A stretch of 64,000 nt of DNA from Felis catus (Eukaryota), in contig NC_058383.1 of the NCBI RefSeq assembly GCF_018350175.1, positions 10,604,001-10,668,000 on the forward strand, written 5' to 3'. Positions 1-12,200 of this stretch are shown piece by piece; within the stretch, counting starts at the first letter, position 1, and each line of letters starts with the position of its first letter. The notes under the pieces were generated by a model, which saw only the letters and a list, made by a program, of their open reading frames with translations, did no database searches and was not told the origin of the DNA. A program made the translations under genes and the position numbers.

Positions 1-79
1 TCCCCCAACCATACCTCCCAGCACCTGCCGCGGGCAAGTCGGCCTGAAGCGCCGCAGACACAGTCATAAAATCCACTCA

Positions 80-395
80 TGGGTGCCCGGCTGGCTCAGT
101 CGGTGGAGCGTGCAACTCTTGATCTCAGGGTGGTGAGTTCGAGCCCCTACAGGGGGTGTAGAGATTACTTAAAATTTTTAAAGCTTTTTAAAAAATTTAT
201 TTATTTATTCTTGGGGTGGGGGGGCATGAGCAGAGGAGAGGCAGAGAGAGCGGGAGAGAGAGAGAGAGTCCCAAACAGTCTCCACACTGTCCGTGCAGAG
301 CCTGACATGGGGCTCGAACTCACAAAGCATGAGATCATGATCTGAGCCGAGATCAAGAGTTGGACGCCTAACCGACTGAGCCACCCAGGTGCCCC
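80..395. mobile_element. Two carnivore SINEs tail-to-tail (short + copy, full - copy)
   Basis: tRNA-derived head (ggctggctcagtcggt...gttcgagccc), CT-rich tract, AT tail. Confidence 0.9.
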
Positions 396-1428
396 TACTT
401 AAAAATAAAACCTGAAGGGAAGAAAAAATCCACCCAAATCCCTGACCGTGCAGGACTTACACTCTGGTGGGAGAGATTTCACAGATGCTGTAGGCTGAGA
501 GAGGAAAGGAGGAGGCATGTTAGGGGGTGATAAGCCCTGCAGTCGTGGGACTGGGGCAGGCCAGGGCAGCTGTGGGGGCTCCCTCCTCGCCCCGCCGGGG
601 GAAAGATTTGCAGGGGGGCAGCGGTGCGCCCAGAGGGTCTGACGATGGGGAGGCGCGGCCAGCCACGCGGCCTGCACCTGGGTTTTCTGGGATGGGAGAG
701 GGGGCGGCCTGGGAGACTGGAAAGAGGATCCCCGGATGCTGAGAAGAGAATGGAATTGAGGGCACAAGACAGGGAGTGGAGAACATTCCGGAAGTTCCAC
801 CGCAGAGTGGGGAGCGAGGGAGCAGAGAAGCAGAGACGCGGGGCGGGAGCCAGAACGCTGTGCAAGTTTCTGAGCTGAAAGAAACGATGCTGTGAGGTAG
901 GTTAGGGTGGCAGAAACGACACAGTGGGTTCGGGCTTGGGGTCCAGCTGCGGCTGGATGGAACCTTTGCGTCCAGCATCCCGTCTGGCACAGGGGGCCGA
1001 ACTCCACGGCCGGCGCCCACGGTGGCCTGGAGGCTGGAGTGACACGATCCCTGGACTCGAATTAGCGGAAGGGTTGTGCCAGGCGAGGCGGAAGCAGGGC
1101 TGAGTTAGAGCAGACGCTCTTGGCAGGTGCCTTCTGGGTGGGAGGGGAGAGGACGCGCCTTGAAGGTGAGTGCGGGTCACAGGGCAGAGGGCGTCCCTGT
1201 GCGGGTTAACCCCAGCCGGGCGGCATCGATAAGCACAGTCAGGATTTCCAAGGGAAGGAAGGCAGCTTGATGGGTGGGCTCAGCCTGCAGGGCAGGAAGG
1301 GGTCTGAACGCTGACCATCTCCACCCATCCTGACCCTGACCCTGACCCAGCCACCCTGGTGCCGAGGGAACAGAGTGCTGTCGAGGCAACCCTTTTCCTT
1401 GTAACAAACCTTTTCATCTTCGTTCAAG

Positions 1429-2190
1429 GAGCCGAGGGGACCACCAAGCTCAGAGGACTATTTACCGCCTCCCCAAAGGTCACTTCTCTGGCTCAACCGC
1501 TAGACCCCCCACGGTTGCTCCTGGGAGACGCGCTGACACGTCTGAGGACCAGCCACCAGGCCGCGGGGGACCGGTGGGGAAAGGACAAGTTACAGGTGGA
1601 ATCACCCCCTACCCCCCCGCCCGGCTCCCACAGGAGCCCAGAGCCCCTGCCGCGACCGGATGTCAAGATTCAGGGCAAGTTGCATCCCTGTCCCCACGTC
1701 TAGAACATCGTGCATCACTGATACTCCTGTGCTTTTTGCTTTGGATTCAGGTTCCAAAGTGCTAACCAATGCCGGCTGCTGGGCTCTTCCTCGTGGTCCA
1801 TAAGCTTGTACAGTTAATTTATATAGGTGGAGCCATATTTAATAATCCACATCTCCGGGCAGAGATCCGATCTGTCTCGCCTCCTAGAAGCATTACACGG
1901 AATTTCAGCAGAGTTAGGGGAGCCCCGGCGCTCCTTTCTTTGGGCCTCGGTTCACTTGGAAGAAGTCAGGCTGCAGGGAACTTCGCGCAGCCCATGGGGA
2001 CGTCTGCTGTGGACAGAGTGCGTCACGTTTCCGAAGGAGCGGTGCCCTGCGGCCGAGCTGATTGGGCAGAAACACAGCTGTCTCTCGGGAAGGGCAGGGG
2101 CCCAAAGGGACCTTCTGAGTCAGAAAAGCCACAGCCAGAGAAACGAGATGCTTCCTTCAACTGAAACATCCCAATAGACCATTTTCATTT
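1429..2190 (+). other. LAT2: Probable terminal non-coding (3' UTR) exon of LAT2; 3' end approximate
   Basis: Pyrimidine tract and AG acceptor (ttttcatcttcgttcaag, 1427-1428). Blocks such as ataagcttgtacagttaa-ttata-agg-ggagccatatttaa and cctagaagcattaca resemble the human LAT2 3' UTR as I recall it. Lies convergent to the RFC2 3' end, matching LAT2-RFC2-CLIP2 synteny. Confidence 0.6.
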
Positions 2191-2964
2191 AAAAGTAGCA
2201 ATTCTCATGTCTGCTTTCTCTGCTTCATGCAAAAACCTTCTAAGGGAATGAAAGTCTTGCTTCATGGAAAGGGGCCTTGCACCGCCCCAGGTCAAGGTTG
2301 GGGGATGGAGAGAGGGTGTGCTGGGGACAGGGACCTGGTCACAGGGTCCAATCCTCTTTCCATAAGTTAGTGCCACAGGTGGGGAAACGAGAAGGAAAAA
2401 TGACAACAATCGTTGGCCACTTGTTACTTCCCGCCCAGGAGTCCTGATCTCACAGGCTCAGACGGAGTGGGGTGCGGCGGGGGCTCCGGGCTCCACGGTT
2501 GCTGGGTGTGGGGAACCCTCTGGACCCTGGGCCTCCCCCCAAACCTCACAGGGACCATGGAAGCTCCAGATGAAAAATAAGGTGGAGAAACTATGTTTTT
2601 CTAAAACCTCACCTTGCAGGTTTTGAGGACCTTAATTCTTTTTCTCCCCTAATTGGAGCCCTAACCCAAACAGCCAGTTACGTGGGCGCCTTCCCCGTGT
2701 CAGTTCAGTGTCCCATTCAACACTGTGGCCCGGGCAGGTGACAGACCTTCCTGGGAGGAATGGCAGAGTGGAAGGGAGCTCTAGAGCCGCTGTGGCCAAC
2801 CCTGGGCCGGGAGAGGATTTAAAGAAAGGCTCATGGGCTTGCCTGGCTTTTCCAGCACCATCTGTGTTTCTGCGGCAGTGGGGACACAGGAGGCAAGCTG
2901 CTGGGACCCTCTGTCCTCGAGCCCACAGGGCAGGAGCCAGCATGGCACACAGCTGTTTTCTTTT

Positions 2965-3455
2965 TCTTAAAAAAAAAAAAAAAAAATTTACGTCCAACTT
3001 CGGCTCAGGTCATGATCTCACAGTTCATGGGTTCGAGCCCCGTGTCGGGCTCTGTGCTGACAGCTCGGAGTCTGGAGCCTGCTTCGGATTCTGTGTCTCC
3101 CTCTCTCTCTGCCCCTCCCCTGCTCACACACTCTCTCTCTCTCAAAAATAAGTAAAACATTTAAAAAAGTTAAAAGTTTGGGGCGCCCGGGTGGCTCAGT
3201 TAAGCGTCTGACTTCAGCTCAGATCATGATCTCACAGTTCATGGGTTCGAGCCCTGTGTCGGGCTGTGTGCTGACAGCTCGGACCCTGGAGCCTGCTTCG
3301 GAATCTGTGGCTCCCTCTCTCTCTGCCCCTCCCCGGCTCACACGCTGGCTCTCTCTCTCTCTCTCAAAAGTAAATAAACATTAAAAAAAAATTTATTTTT
3401 AAGTTAAAAGTTTTAAGTCGGATGCTTAATCAACCAAGCCACCCAGGCACCCCAA
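2965..3455. mobile_element. CAN-SINE cluster (two + copies plus a - strand remnant)
   Basis: SINE consensus motifs and A-rich tails. Confidence 0.9.
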
Positions 3456-4029
3456 CACACAACTGTTCTCAAGGAAGCTTTCACACGAGACCACCAATCA
3501 CAGAAGCTGAGTCACCCCCAACCCCTGTAACAGGACATCAGGGATTTGCTTCAACCACCGGAATGGGGGAGGGTGGTGGGAACACAAGAAGACACAAGAA
3601 TGGCCCTATGTTGGTAAAACTTAAGATGGGTGGTGGATATGGGAAGTTCACTGCATCATTCTTTCCACTTATGTACAACTGAGACTTTTTACAATTTGAA
3701 AAAAATAGTACCTTGGGGGGGGTGGGAACAGTCATGCAAATTATTATAAAATTCCCTGGGGATTTCTACGGCAGCATGCACACACAGGATACCCAGTAAC
3801 ACCGTCCCCTGATCGCTGCCCGTCCTGCCGAAGGGCCCGCTGCCCCAGGCTGTTCTGAGAGGTCTGTCTCCGTAGTAAATCGCAGCAGGCTTCCGCAAGA
3901 ACTGAGATCAGCTTGGTCGGTCTCTTCCTAAATCACCTTTTCTACTCGTAGGATGCTAGGGGCAGAGACAGGAAGCCGGTTTTCCTCCTGGCCTTGTGGT
4001 GCCACCTTACTGCTGATAAAACTGTATTT

Positions 4030-4222
4030 TTTTAATGCTTATTTATTTTGAGAGAGAGAGCACGAGCAGGGGAGGGGGACAGAGAAAGAGAGAGAATCCA
4101 AAGCAGGCTGTGCCGTCAGCACAGAGCCCGACGCGGGGCTTGATCTCATGAACCTTGAGATCATGAACTGAGCCGAGATCGAGAGTCGGACGCTCAACCC
4201 AATGAGTCACCCAGGTGCCCCC
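4030..4222 (-). mobile_element. CAN-SINE immediately downstream of the RFC2 polyA signal
   Basis: Reverse-complement head gggggcacctgggtgactca ends at 4222; tail at ~4030-4050. Confidence 0.92.
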
Positions 4223-4232
4223 GGACAGCTTT

Positions 4233-4238
4233 TTTATT
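4233..4238 (-). terminator. RFC2: Probable RFC2 polyadenylation signal AATAAA
   Basis: tttatt on + strand; first canonical hexamer, ~250 nt downstream of the RFC2 stop codon. Confidence 0.65.
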
Positions 4239-4485
4239 AGCTGAAATGCCACACGTGCCCAGATCGGGTGCCATGCCCCGGAGGTTCTCTGGGGCCTTTG
4301 CATCCTGTCACCACATCTGTGAGTCTGAGGCTGAGCGCAAACTATCGTGGAAGCCGCACGAAGGTGAAGGCCACGACCGTGTGAGAGGAAGGTGCGTCCC
4401 CATGCTGATCTAAGGCAGCATTTTGTCCAGATCAGAAGGCGCTGACTACTGGGTCTCACGGACGGATGAGGAGGACTCTTGTCCC

Positions 4486-4596
4486 CTAACTGGCCACCGG
4501 GGCCACTGTCTTCTGACACAGCCTGGCCAGGAGCCCTGCCATCTGCAGAAGGGAGTTCACACCTTCTGCAATTTTCATGTGAGTGTATCCAATTTC
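4486..4596 (-). CDS. RFC2: RFC2 exon 11 coding part ([36 protein letters not shown])
   Basis: tttcag| acceptor; TAG stop at 4488-4486; 111 nt. Confidence 0.98.
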   Translation of the reverse strand, partial: EIGYTHMKIAEGVNSLLQMAGLLARLCQKTVAPVAS

Positions 4597-6198
4597 CTGA
4601 AAAACAAAGCAGACGTAAATCTGGTTAATACATGAGAGAGCACTTTATGTTTTATTTTTAACTTGAACTAATAGTTTACTTAAACTCGATGCAATGAACT
4701 CACACTCCAGCTGGGAAATAAACTCTAAGTCATAACAGGTTACGTTTAAAGCTCAGTTTATTTTTTTCTGAGAGGATGTTGAGATATTTCCTTGTAAGAT
4801 ACTTTTTTTTTTTTTAACTAAAAAAATTTTTTTAAATGTTTATTTACTCTCGGGGCGCCTGGGTGGCGCAGTCGGTTAAGCGTCCGACTTCAGCCAGGTC
4901 ACGATCTCGCGGTCCGTGAGTTCGAGCCCCGCGTCAGGCTCTGGGCTGAGGGCTCAGAGCCTGGAGCCTGCTTCCGATTCTGTGTCTCCCCCTCTCTCTG
5001 CCCCTCCCCCGTTCATGCTCTGTCTCTCTTTGTCCCCAAAATAAATAAACGTCGAAAAAAAAAATTAAAAAAATAAAAAATAAATGTTTATTTACTCTTG
5101 AAGGAGAGAGATAGGACGTGAACAGGGGAGGGGCAGAGACACAGGGAGACACAGAATCCGAAGCAGGCTCCAGGCTCTGAGCTGTCAGCACAGAGCCCGA
5201 CGTGGGGCTCGAACTCACGATCTGTGAGATCATGACCTGAGTGACGTTGGTTGCCCAACCGACTGAGCCACCGAGGCGCCCCTGTAAGATACTCTTTAAG
5301 AGAAAAAAAAAAAAAAACAGGCTTGGAAAAAATATTAAAATATTTGTAAAACACATACCTGATAAAGGACTTGCAGCCAGAATATATAAGTAACTCTCAA
5401 AGCTCAAGAACAAGAAAACAACCCAGCTGAACTTTGCTTTGCTAAGGATTGTGGGAGGCAGATCAACACATGGAAGAGAGCTCGACATCCTCGGTTCCCG
5501 GGAAATGCACATAAGGCTACGACCAGATACTACTACGCATCTGTTAGAATGGCTTTAAAAAAAAAAATCAACCAAACATTCCAAGTGCCGGCCAGGCCGT
5601 GGATCATCTGGAACACTCCTGCTGCTGGCAGAAATGCAAAATACCACAGCCGCTTCGGAAATCGGCTTGGCAGTTTCTTGAGAAGTTCAACATACCCTTC
5701 CCGTTACAGCCAGCAACCTCACCTCCTGGGAAGTGACCCCAGAGAAGTAAAAACTTACATTCACATTCACGCACACAAATGTTCACGGTGGCCTTATGTG
5801 GAGTCCCCATAACCCGGACACCCAAGCGTCCTCCAACTGGCGAACACGCAAACGTGCTTCATCCGTACCGTGGAACGCACTCGGCAGTAAAAGGAAGGAC
5901 CCACCGCGACAGCGTGAACAAATCCTAAATGCGTTAAGCGAAGTAGAAGAAGCCAGACTCAAAGGCTCCCCAAAAACAAAACAACAAAAAGATTAAAAAA
6001 AAAAAAGATACATAGGTAAAGCGGGGAGGGGCATGGGTGATTTAGTCGGTTGAGTGTCTGACTCAGGTCATGATCCCAGGGTCTTGGGATCGAGTCCCGC
6101 ACTGGGCTCTGCAATGAGTGTGGAGCCTACCTGGGATTCTCTCTCTCTTTCTGTCTCTCTCTCTTTCCCCGTCTGCTCTCTCCCTGCTCACTCTCTTC

Positions 6199-6233
<35 letters not shown>

Positions 6234-9200
6234 CTCCCTTCTACTTGATTCCATTTATAGGACATTCTGGAAAATTCTGTCCCTACAAACAGAAAGCAGA
6301 TCAATGGCTTCTGGATGCTGGGGGAGGAGCTGACTACAGAGGGGCACATATCTTTGGGGAGCAGGGAATCATAAAGCTATGGCGTTTATGAGACAGCACT
6401 TTTGTCAACAGAAGGCACCCAAGAGGTTGATTGTACTCTATGTAAACTGTACCTCAATTAACCCGACCTTAAGGGTAGACGAACAAATCAATCGCTAATG
6501 AAGAGCCACCCTAAGGAACCCGAGGTCGCTGACCGGCGGGACAGGTTTCAACCATCTCCCAGCCCCGGGTCGATGAGCCGCCGGCCTCTGCTGTGGTCAA
6601 GACACTCGCCGTGTGCCTTCCAGGGGCCAGGCCCGTGAGCAAAACGGAGAGCCCACGACGTGGCCCGCATTCCCTGGGAGAGAGGGGGGCATCGCTGTAC
6701 TCTCACTGACCTTGATGAACTCCAGTTTCAAGTATTCTGCCATCTGGAAGGTTTTACACACTCGAAAAATGTTGCCAATGATGTCTTCCGGGGAATAGCC
6801 AAGATGCCACAGGTGAGCGAGAATCTAAACAGGAAGAGACGAGGTGGTGACAAGGGTCCTGGGGCGGGGGGACGACAAGAAGCTGAAGCCACACCAGTCT
6901 TGGGTCCGCCACACCGCAGGGAGTGGACGGATCATCTTGGGCCACCCAGCAATCCAGGGGAACGGCCGGTGGGCAGACCCTCCAGATCGCCTGGGGGGTC
7001 ATGAGTTTCCCAACAAGCAGAGAGAATATCACAAATGTCTTATTGTTTATTTTTTTACAGTAGGCTCCATGCCCACGCGGGGCCTGAACTCGGTACCCTA
7101 AGATTAAGAGTTGCACGCTCTATCGACGGAGCCAGGCAGACGCCCCAACATCACAAACGTTTGAAAAAGCATTGCGTGGTCTACTACAACAGCCGTGTAG
7201 TATTTTTATCCAAGGCTCCGAAAAAGCCGTATGAATCATCCCAGCGAGTCCTGGGGGAAGAGGCAGAACCGTCTGTCTGCTGTGCCCTCCAGAGCTGCAG
7301 GTCACAAGGCGCTCCCCCTGCAAGCCGAGCCTCGAACAAACCCCCACTGGAGCCGAGTTCTCTCCACCTTCTGCCCTCGCAACCCCAGGCCCCAGTTCCA
7401 ACCCCACCCGGCCCACCCAGACTGCGGGGTCCGGGCTCAGCTATTCTCTTTGGTGGCATCCTGGGACGGACGCAGGGGGTAAGGAAGCTGTGTGTTCATA
7501 AATCTGAAGGCTGCCTTTATAAAGGCTGTGTTTTGGGGTCTCTGCCCAGGTCTCCCCTTCGGGTTTGCGTTACGTCTGGCCCCTAAACTCAGTCCACCTC
7601 TGGCCTAGTTTGCTGGCAGCCGGGTGTGGGGGACCTCCCAGAATCGGGTCAATGGACTAAAATCGTACCACTGCCGCCCTGGTGGATCTGAGGGTCACCG
7701 GCACCCTGAAGATGCCCCCTGGAATCTGCACTTGGGACTGGGCTCCATGAGTCTAGAAGTCCCTGGTCCTGCCTCTCCTGGATGACCAGGGGCCACTGGG
7801 TCCCAGTGAGCCATCCCCACACTCCTCAGGCAGGGCCAGAGGATGAAGTCTCCCTCCGCAGACAGATGGTGTCACTGACACGTAAGGAGTTGGGCTGGTC
7901 TTGGGTCAACAAAGTCCCTTCGTGGGGGATGTAATTATAGTACAAGTGTGTGTGATTCTGAATCGCAGGTTGAGTGCTTGTCAGCGGTGGGATTTAGAGC
8001 GAGAAATTCAGTCTCCCGCAATCAGTTTTCCCCTCTGACGTGTACCCAACTCCTAGCCTTGTTCTAAGAATTACGTGGAGGGGGCGCCTGGGTGGCTCAG
8101 TCGGTTAAGCATCTGCCTTCAGCTCAGGTCATCATCTCCCGGTTTGTGGGTTCAAGCCCCATTTTGGGTGAGCAGGAGGCCCCCTTCAGGTGAGCCCCGC
8201 TTTGCTCTCTCTCTGCCTCTCACTCACTCACACCCTCTCTCAAAAAAAAAAAAAAAAAAAGCAGTGGAATGACGCTTGTGAAGTCCTAGCACAGAGAGGC
8301 TCCCCCCGTGTCACAGACGCAGGCGCGAGGCCAACCTTGTACGCTTCGTCGATGTTGGCGTTCACACAGTGCTGGATCATCTCCTTCACCAGCAAGGGGT
8401 GGGGCTCGTCGCAGACCTGAGCAAACCGGAAAGGAAGGGCTGTCGGGCTGAGGGGGCCCATCTGGGGAGGAGTCCCGACAGACCAACTGGGGGGCCACTG
8501 GTGTAAGCAACCTCTCAGCTGGCTTTCCTCCTCGAATTCTCCGGCAAACACGACCAGGTTTGGAAACGTCCCTCTCACCACCAGATGAGTCACCAGACAG
8601 AATATGGTGTTCCCCTCCCCAGTGAGGAAGAGCTTCTGACACGTGGTTACAGATTCCCCAGGCACAAGCTGAGCGAACAGGGGCTGACGGAATCTTCTGT
8701 CTTATTGGAAGCCATCGGCCACACACCTTAGGTCACAAGGTCCCGGGAGGGCCTGCCCGGAACCGCTCAGAATCCACTTAAGAACCGGGAGCTCTCGTGG
8801 GCCGACCTCCTACCTGGAATAGGAACCGGATTCCCCGGAGAGGGTCCCTCACTTCGGAGCCTGCAGGTGGTGTGCGGGTGTCGCTGAGCCTGGGGCCGCC
8901 CCCCTGCCCCTGCCTCCACTGGCCTGGAGACCCCACTCCGCCCTCCAGCTCAGGATCCACATGTACAACTTCCAATGAAAAGCCTTCTGCCCTCCGCTCT
9001 GATGCCCCACGCCACCCTGGGATTTGTCTTTCCAGCTCAGTTAACTTCCCTCAGAAATCGTGCTTTCCTGAGCCCTCGAAGGTCTGCTCCCAGATGACCC
9101 GGGGCCTGAACTATCTAGAGGAGACTAAGCAAGTTCCCAGAGTGTCCTTGAAAACACATTCGCCACCAGGGGCTAAACAGGCTTTCAACGCGGCTCTTTT

Positions 9201-12200
9201 TACCCCTCGACTTGCTAAGGTCTGAATACATGGGGAGCTCTACCCAGCCTTTACCCCCAAATAAGGGGGAAGCTGGTCTCCAGCACGCAGACCCCGAGTT
9301 GTCAGGATGCACTAGCCAGTTTTCAAAAGTATTCCCAGGAGGAAAACCCTTTGCCAATGTGGGAGAGCGGGAATCTTTGTCCCTGGGCTGGGTGGGTGCG
9401 GAAGGCGGGGGGAGCAGGGGCTCAGCGTTCGCCCTCCAGCAGCCGGACCATGTGATCTGGGGGCGCGCAGCGGAAGCCTGCGTCCTCGGCCACCAGATGC
9501 TGAGAACCTCTGCGAGCAGGGCCACATGAGGGCCCTCGGGGTGGCCCTGGGGGTGGGTGAGCGACCAAAGCCACCTCCCCACGTGCGGGGGCGCGCCCGA
9601 CACCCTCCGGAGTCTGCGCGGGGTGAGCGCACGCGGACACCGGGAGCAGGGGCCCCAGCACAGCCAGCGGTGGCAACACCGAGGTGCAGGACCCCCGGGG
9701 GCCCCACCGGCTCCTGTACCTTGAAGACGTTCTCGCTGTTGATGAAGCCGAATCCCGAGAAAGTCGACTGCAAGTTGTTGAGCGCCTGTGGAGGAACAAG
9801 CGCACGTGGAGGGAGATTTGCGGCCCTGCCCCTCCCCCTCCCGGGCTCCTCCCCTTCCCCTCCCGGGCCCTGCTTCCCCCTGGGACCCGGGGCACGAGCC
9901 CAGGAGGTGGCCGCAGCCACACGCACCTGCCTCATGTCTCCCTGGGCGGTGAAGATAATGGCTTCCAGGCCGTCGTCTGTGTACTGCACCTTCTCCTGTT
10001 CCAGCACGGTCATCAGCCGGGCCAGGACCTGGGCGTCGCTCAGCTTTGTGTAGCGCAGGACTGCGCAGCGGGACTGAATGGGCTCTGAAGGGGCAGGAGG
10101 GTGAGGCTGTCCTCAGAGGGCGGCCTGGTGGCACTGTGCGTGCATCAGCATCAGCCACGCCGGCACCGCGCTCCCTCCCCAGCCTGTGCTCTCTCCACTC
10201 CGAAATGAGGGCCAAGTTTCAAAGGATCAACCAAGAAGCGGCAACAAGAGAGGCCTCTCCCCAGCACTGCCCCAGGCAGCTTCCAGAAGGGGAAAAAGCC
10301 CCTCCAGGATAGAGACACCCACATGCCACAGCCTGCTGCTGAGTCAGTGCTGGGTGTCACCGCCCAGCCAGTCCAGGGTGAGCAGGGGACATCTTGTGGT
10401 TTCTGTAAGGGCTCCACAGGAGATTCTGACCACAGCCAGGGCAGAGAACCGCTAGACAGACAGATGCAGAATTCCAGAAGCTGCCCCTCACCCTCGATTT
10501 AGACTATGAGAGCAGCTTCTCTACGATCCCCAAGCCCCATCTGGGTCTCCCTGTCTGTCCTGTGCTCACACACGCTTTCAAGGAATGCACTCCTGTGAGT
10601 TTTTATGTGCATTCAAAAATCCTGGGAGTCCTAAGAGTCAGTCCATTTCAACTTCTCTGCAATCAGGAAGCTCCATAACATAACCTTAGTTACGTATTTG
10701 GCTTATCAGCACCGATAAGAAGAGCACTTAGTTCCGATGAGTTCACATTTAAAAGCAATCAGTAGGGGTGGTTTGGTCGGGCTGAGTGTGGACTCTTGAT
10801 TTGTGAGTGAGGAAGCAGACAGACCTCGGGGTCAGAGCAGACTGACGGGTAAGCTTCCACAGAGGGGGCAGTTCCTGGTAATGACAAAGCCCCACGCGCA
10901 GACTGAGACCGTGCCAAGCGCTCAGAGCAGGCAGAAAGTGCAGGAGCACGTCTGGAGCAAGGCAGGGACCGTGGCGCTACGTACAGATCAAAATGTCGCG
11001 TGTGCCTGCGATGGTGCAAGAGTCGCGTGGGCCTGGGATTCCAGTCCCAGCTCCTCCGCCTGCTGTGTGACTTTGGGCAAACGACCCGACCTCTCTGAGC
11101 GCCGGTGTTCTCACCTCTAATGTGGAGCTGATAATACCTTCACATCGAATTACAGAAGATGACATGAAAAAGCCGATTCTGTAGTGCTCAGCCCACCGCA
11201 GGCAATCAAAAAGCCCCTGCCGTTCTGTTGCTAAAGAGCCAACGTGAGCGCCACGTGTGGACCCCGTGCCGCGCAGAGCTGACCCTCACCTATGATTTTA
11301 TCCGAAGCGTTACAAGCAAGAGCGAAGCGAGTCGTTTTGGAGTAGATTTCCATGGTTCTCCTCAAGGCTTGCTGGGCTCCATCGGTCATACTGAGAAGGA
11401 AAACACAGGGGCAGCTCGCCACTGGGACCCAGAACCCTCCCCAGAGACCCTGGGAGCCCTGATCTCCAGACTGAGCACGCTCAGCTTTTCTCCGGGATCC
11501 ACGCGGGTCTCACACAGGCAGGGAGGTGAGACACTCACCGCTATGGCATCTTAGGCAAACTACCCGAGCCGGGGCGGGGAAGGGCAAAATGGGGTGAAGG
11601 GAAACACAGCCTTACAGTTACGGAACGAGTAAGTCACAGGTATTAAAGGTACAGCATAGGCGCGTCTGGATGGCTTAGTCGGTTAAGTATCCCACTCTTG
11701 ATTTCCGCTCAGGTCGCGATCTCACGATTGCTTACATTGAGCCCTGAGTCGGGCTCTGCGCAGATGGTGAGGAGCCTCCTTGAGATTCTCTCTCTCCCTC
11801 TCTCTGCCCCTCCCCTGCTCTCTTTTTCTCAAAATAAATAAACATGAAAAAAATTTTCAAAGGCACCGCATAGGGAAACATAGTGATATAATAGTGTCGC
11901 ACAATGACAGACGGTAGCCACACTTGTGATGGGCACAGCGTAATGTATAGATGTTGAATCCCTATGTTGTGCACCTGAAACTAATGTAACACTGTGTCAA
12001 CTACACTCGGAATCTTTTTAAAATAAATAATAAATACATAAATAAATAAATAAATAAAACGCACTAGGGGGAAAAATCCTACGTAAGCCTCAAAGTCACC
12101 TATAAGGAGATAATGATATGACCCACCTCAGAGGGTAAGGACGATTAAATACCACTGAACTGGATGCTTGAAAATGGTTAAAATGGTAAACTTTATGTGT

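Noticed and set aside
9115..10215. 366-aa and other long ORFs over RFC2 exons 7-8
   Set aside because: Shadow or read-through frames in GC-rich introns; the real frame is explained by spliced RFC2.
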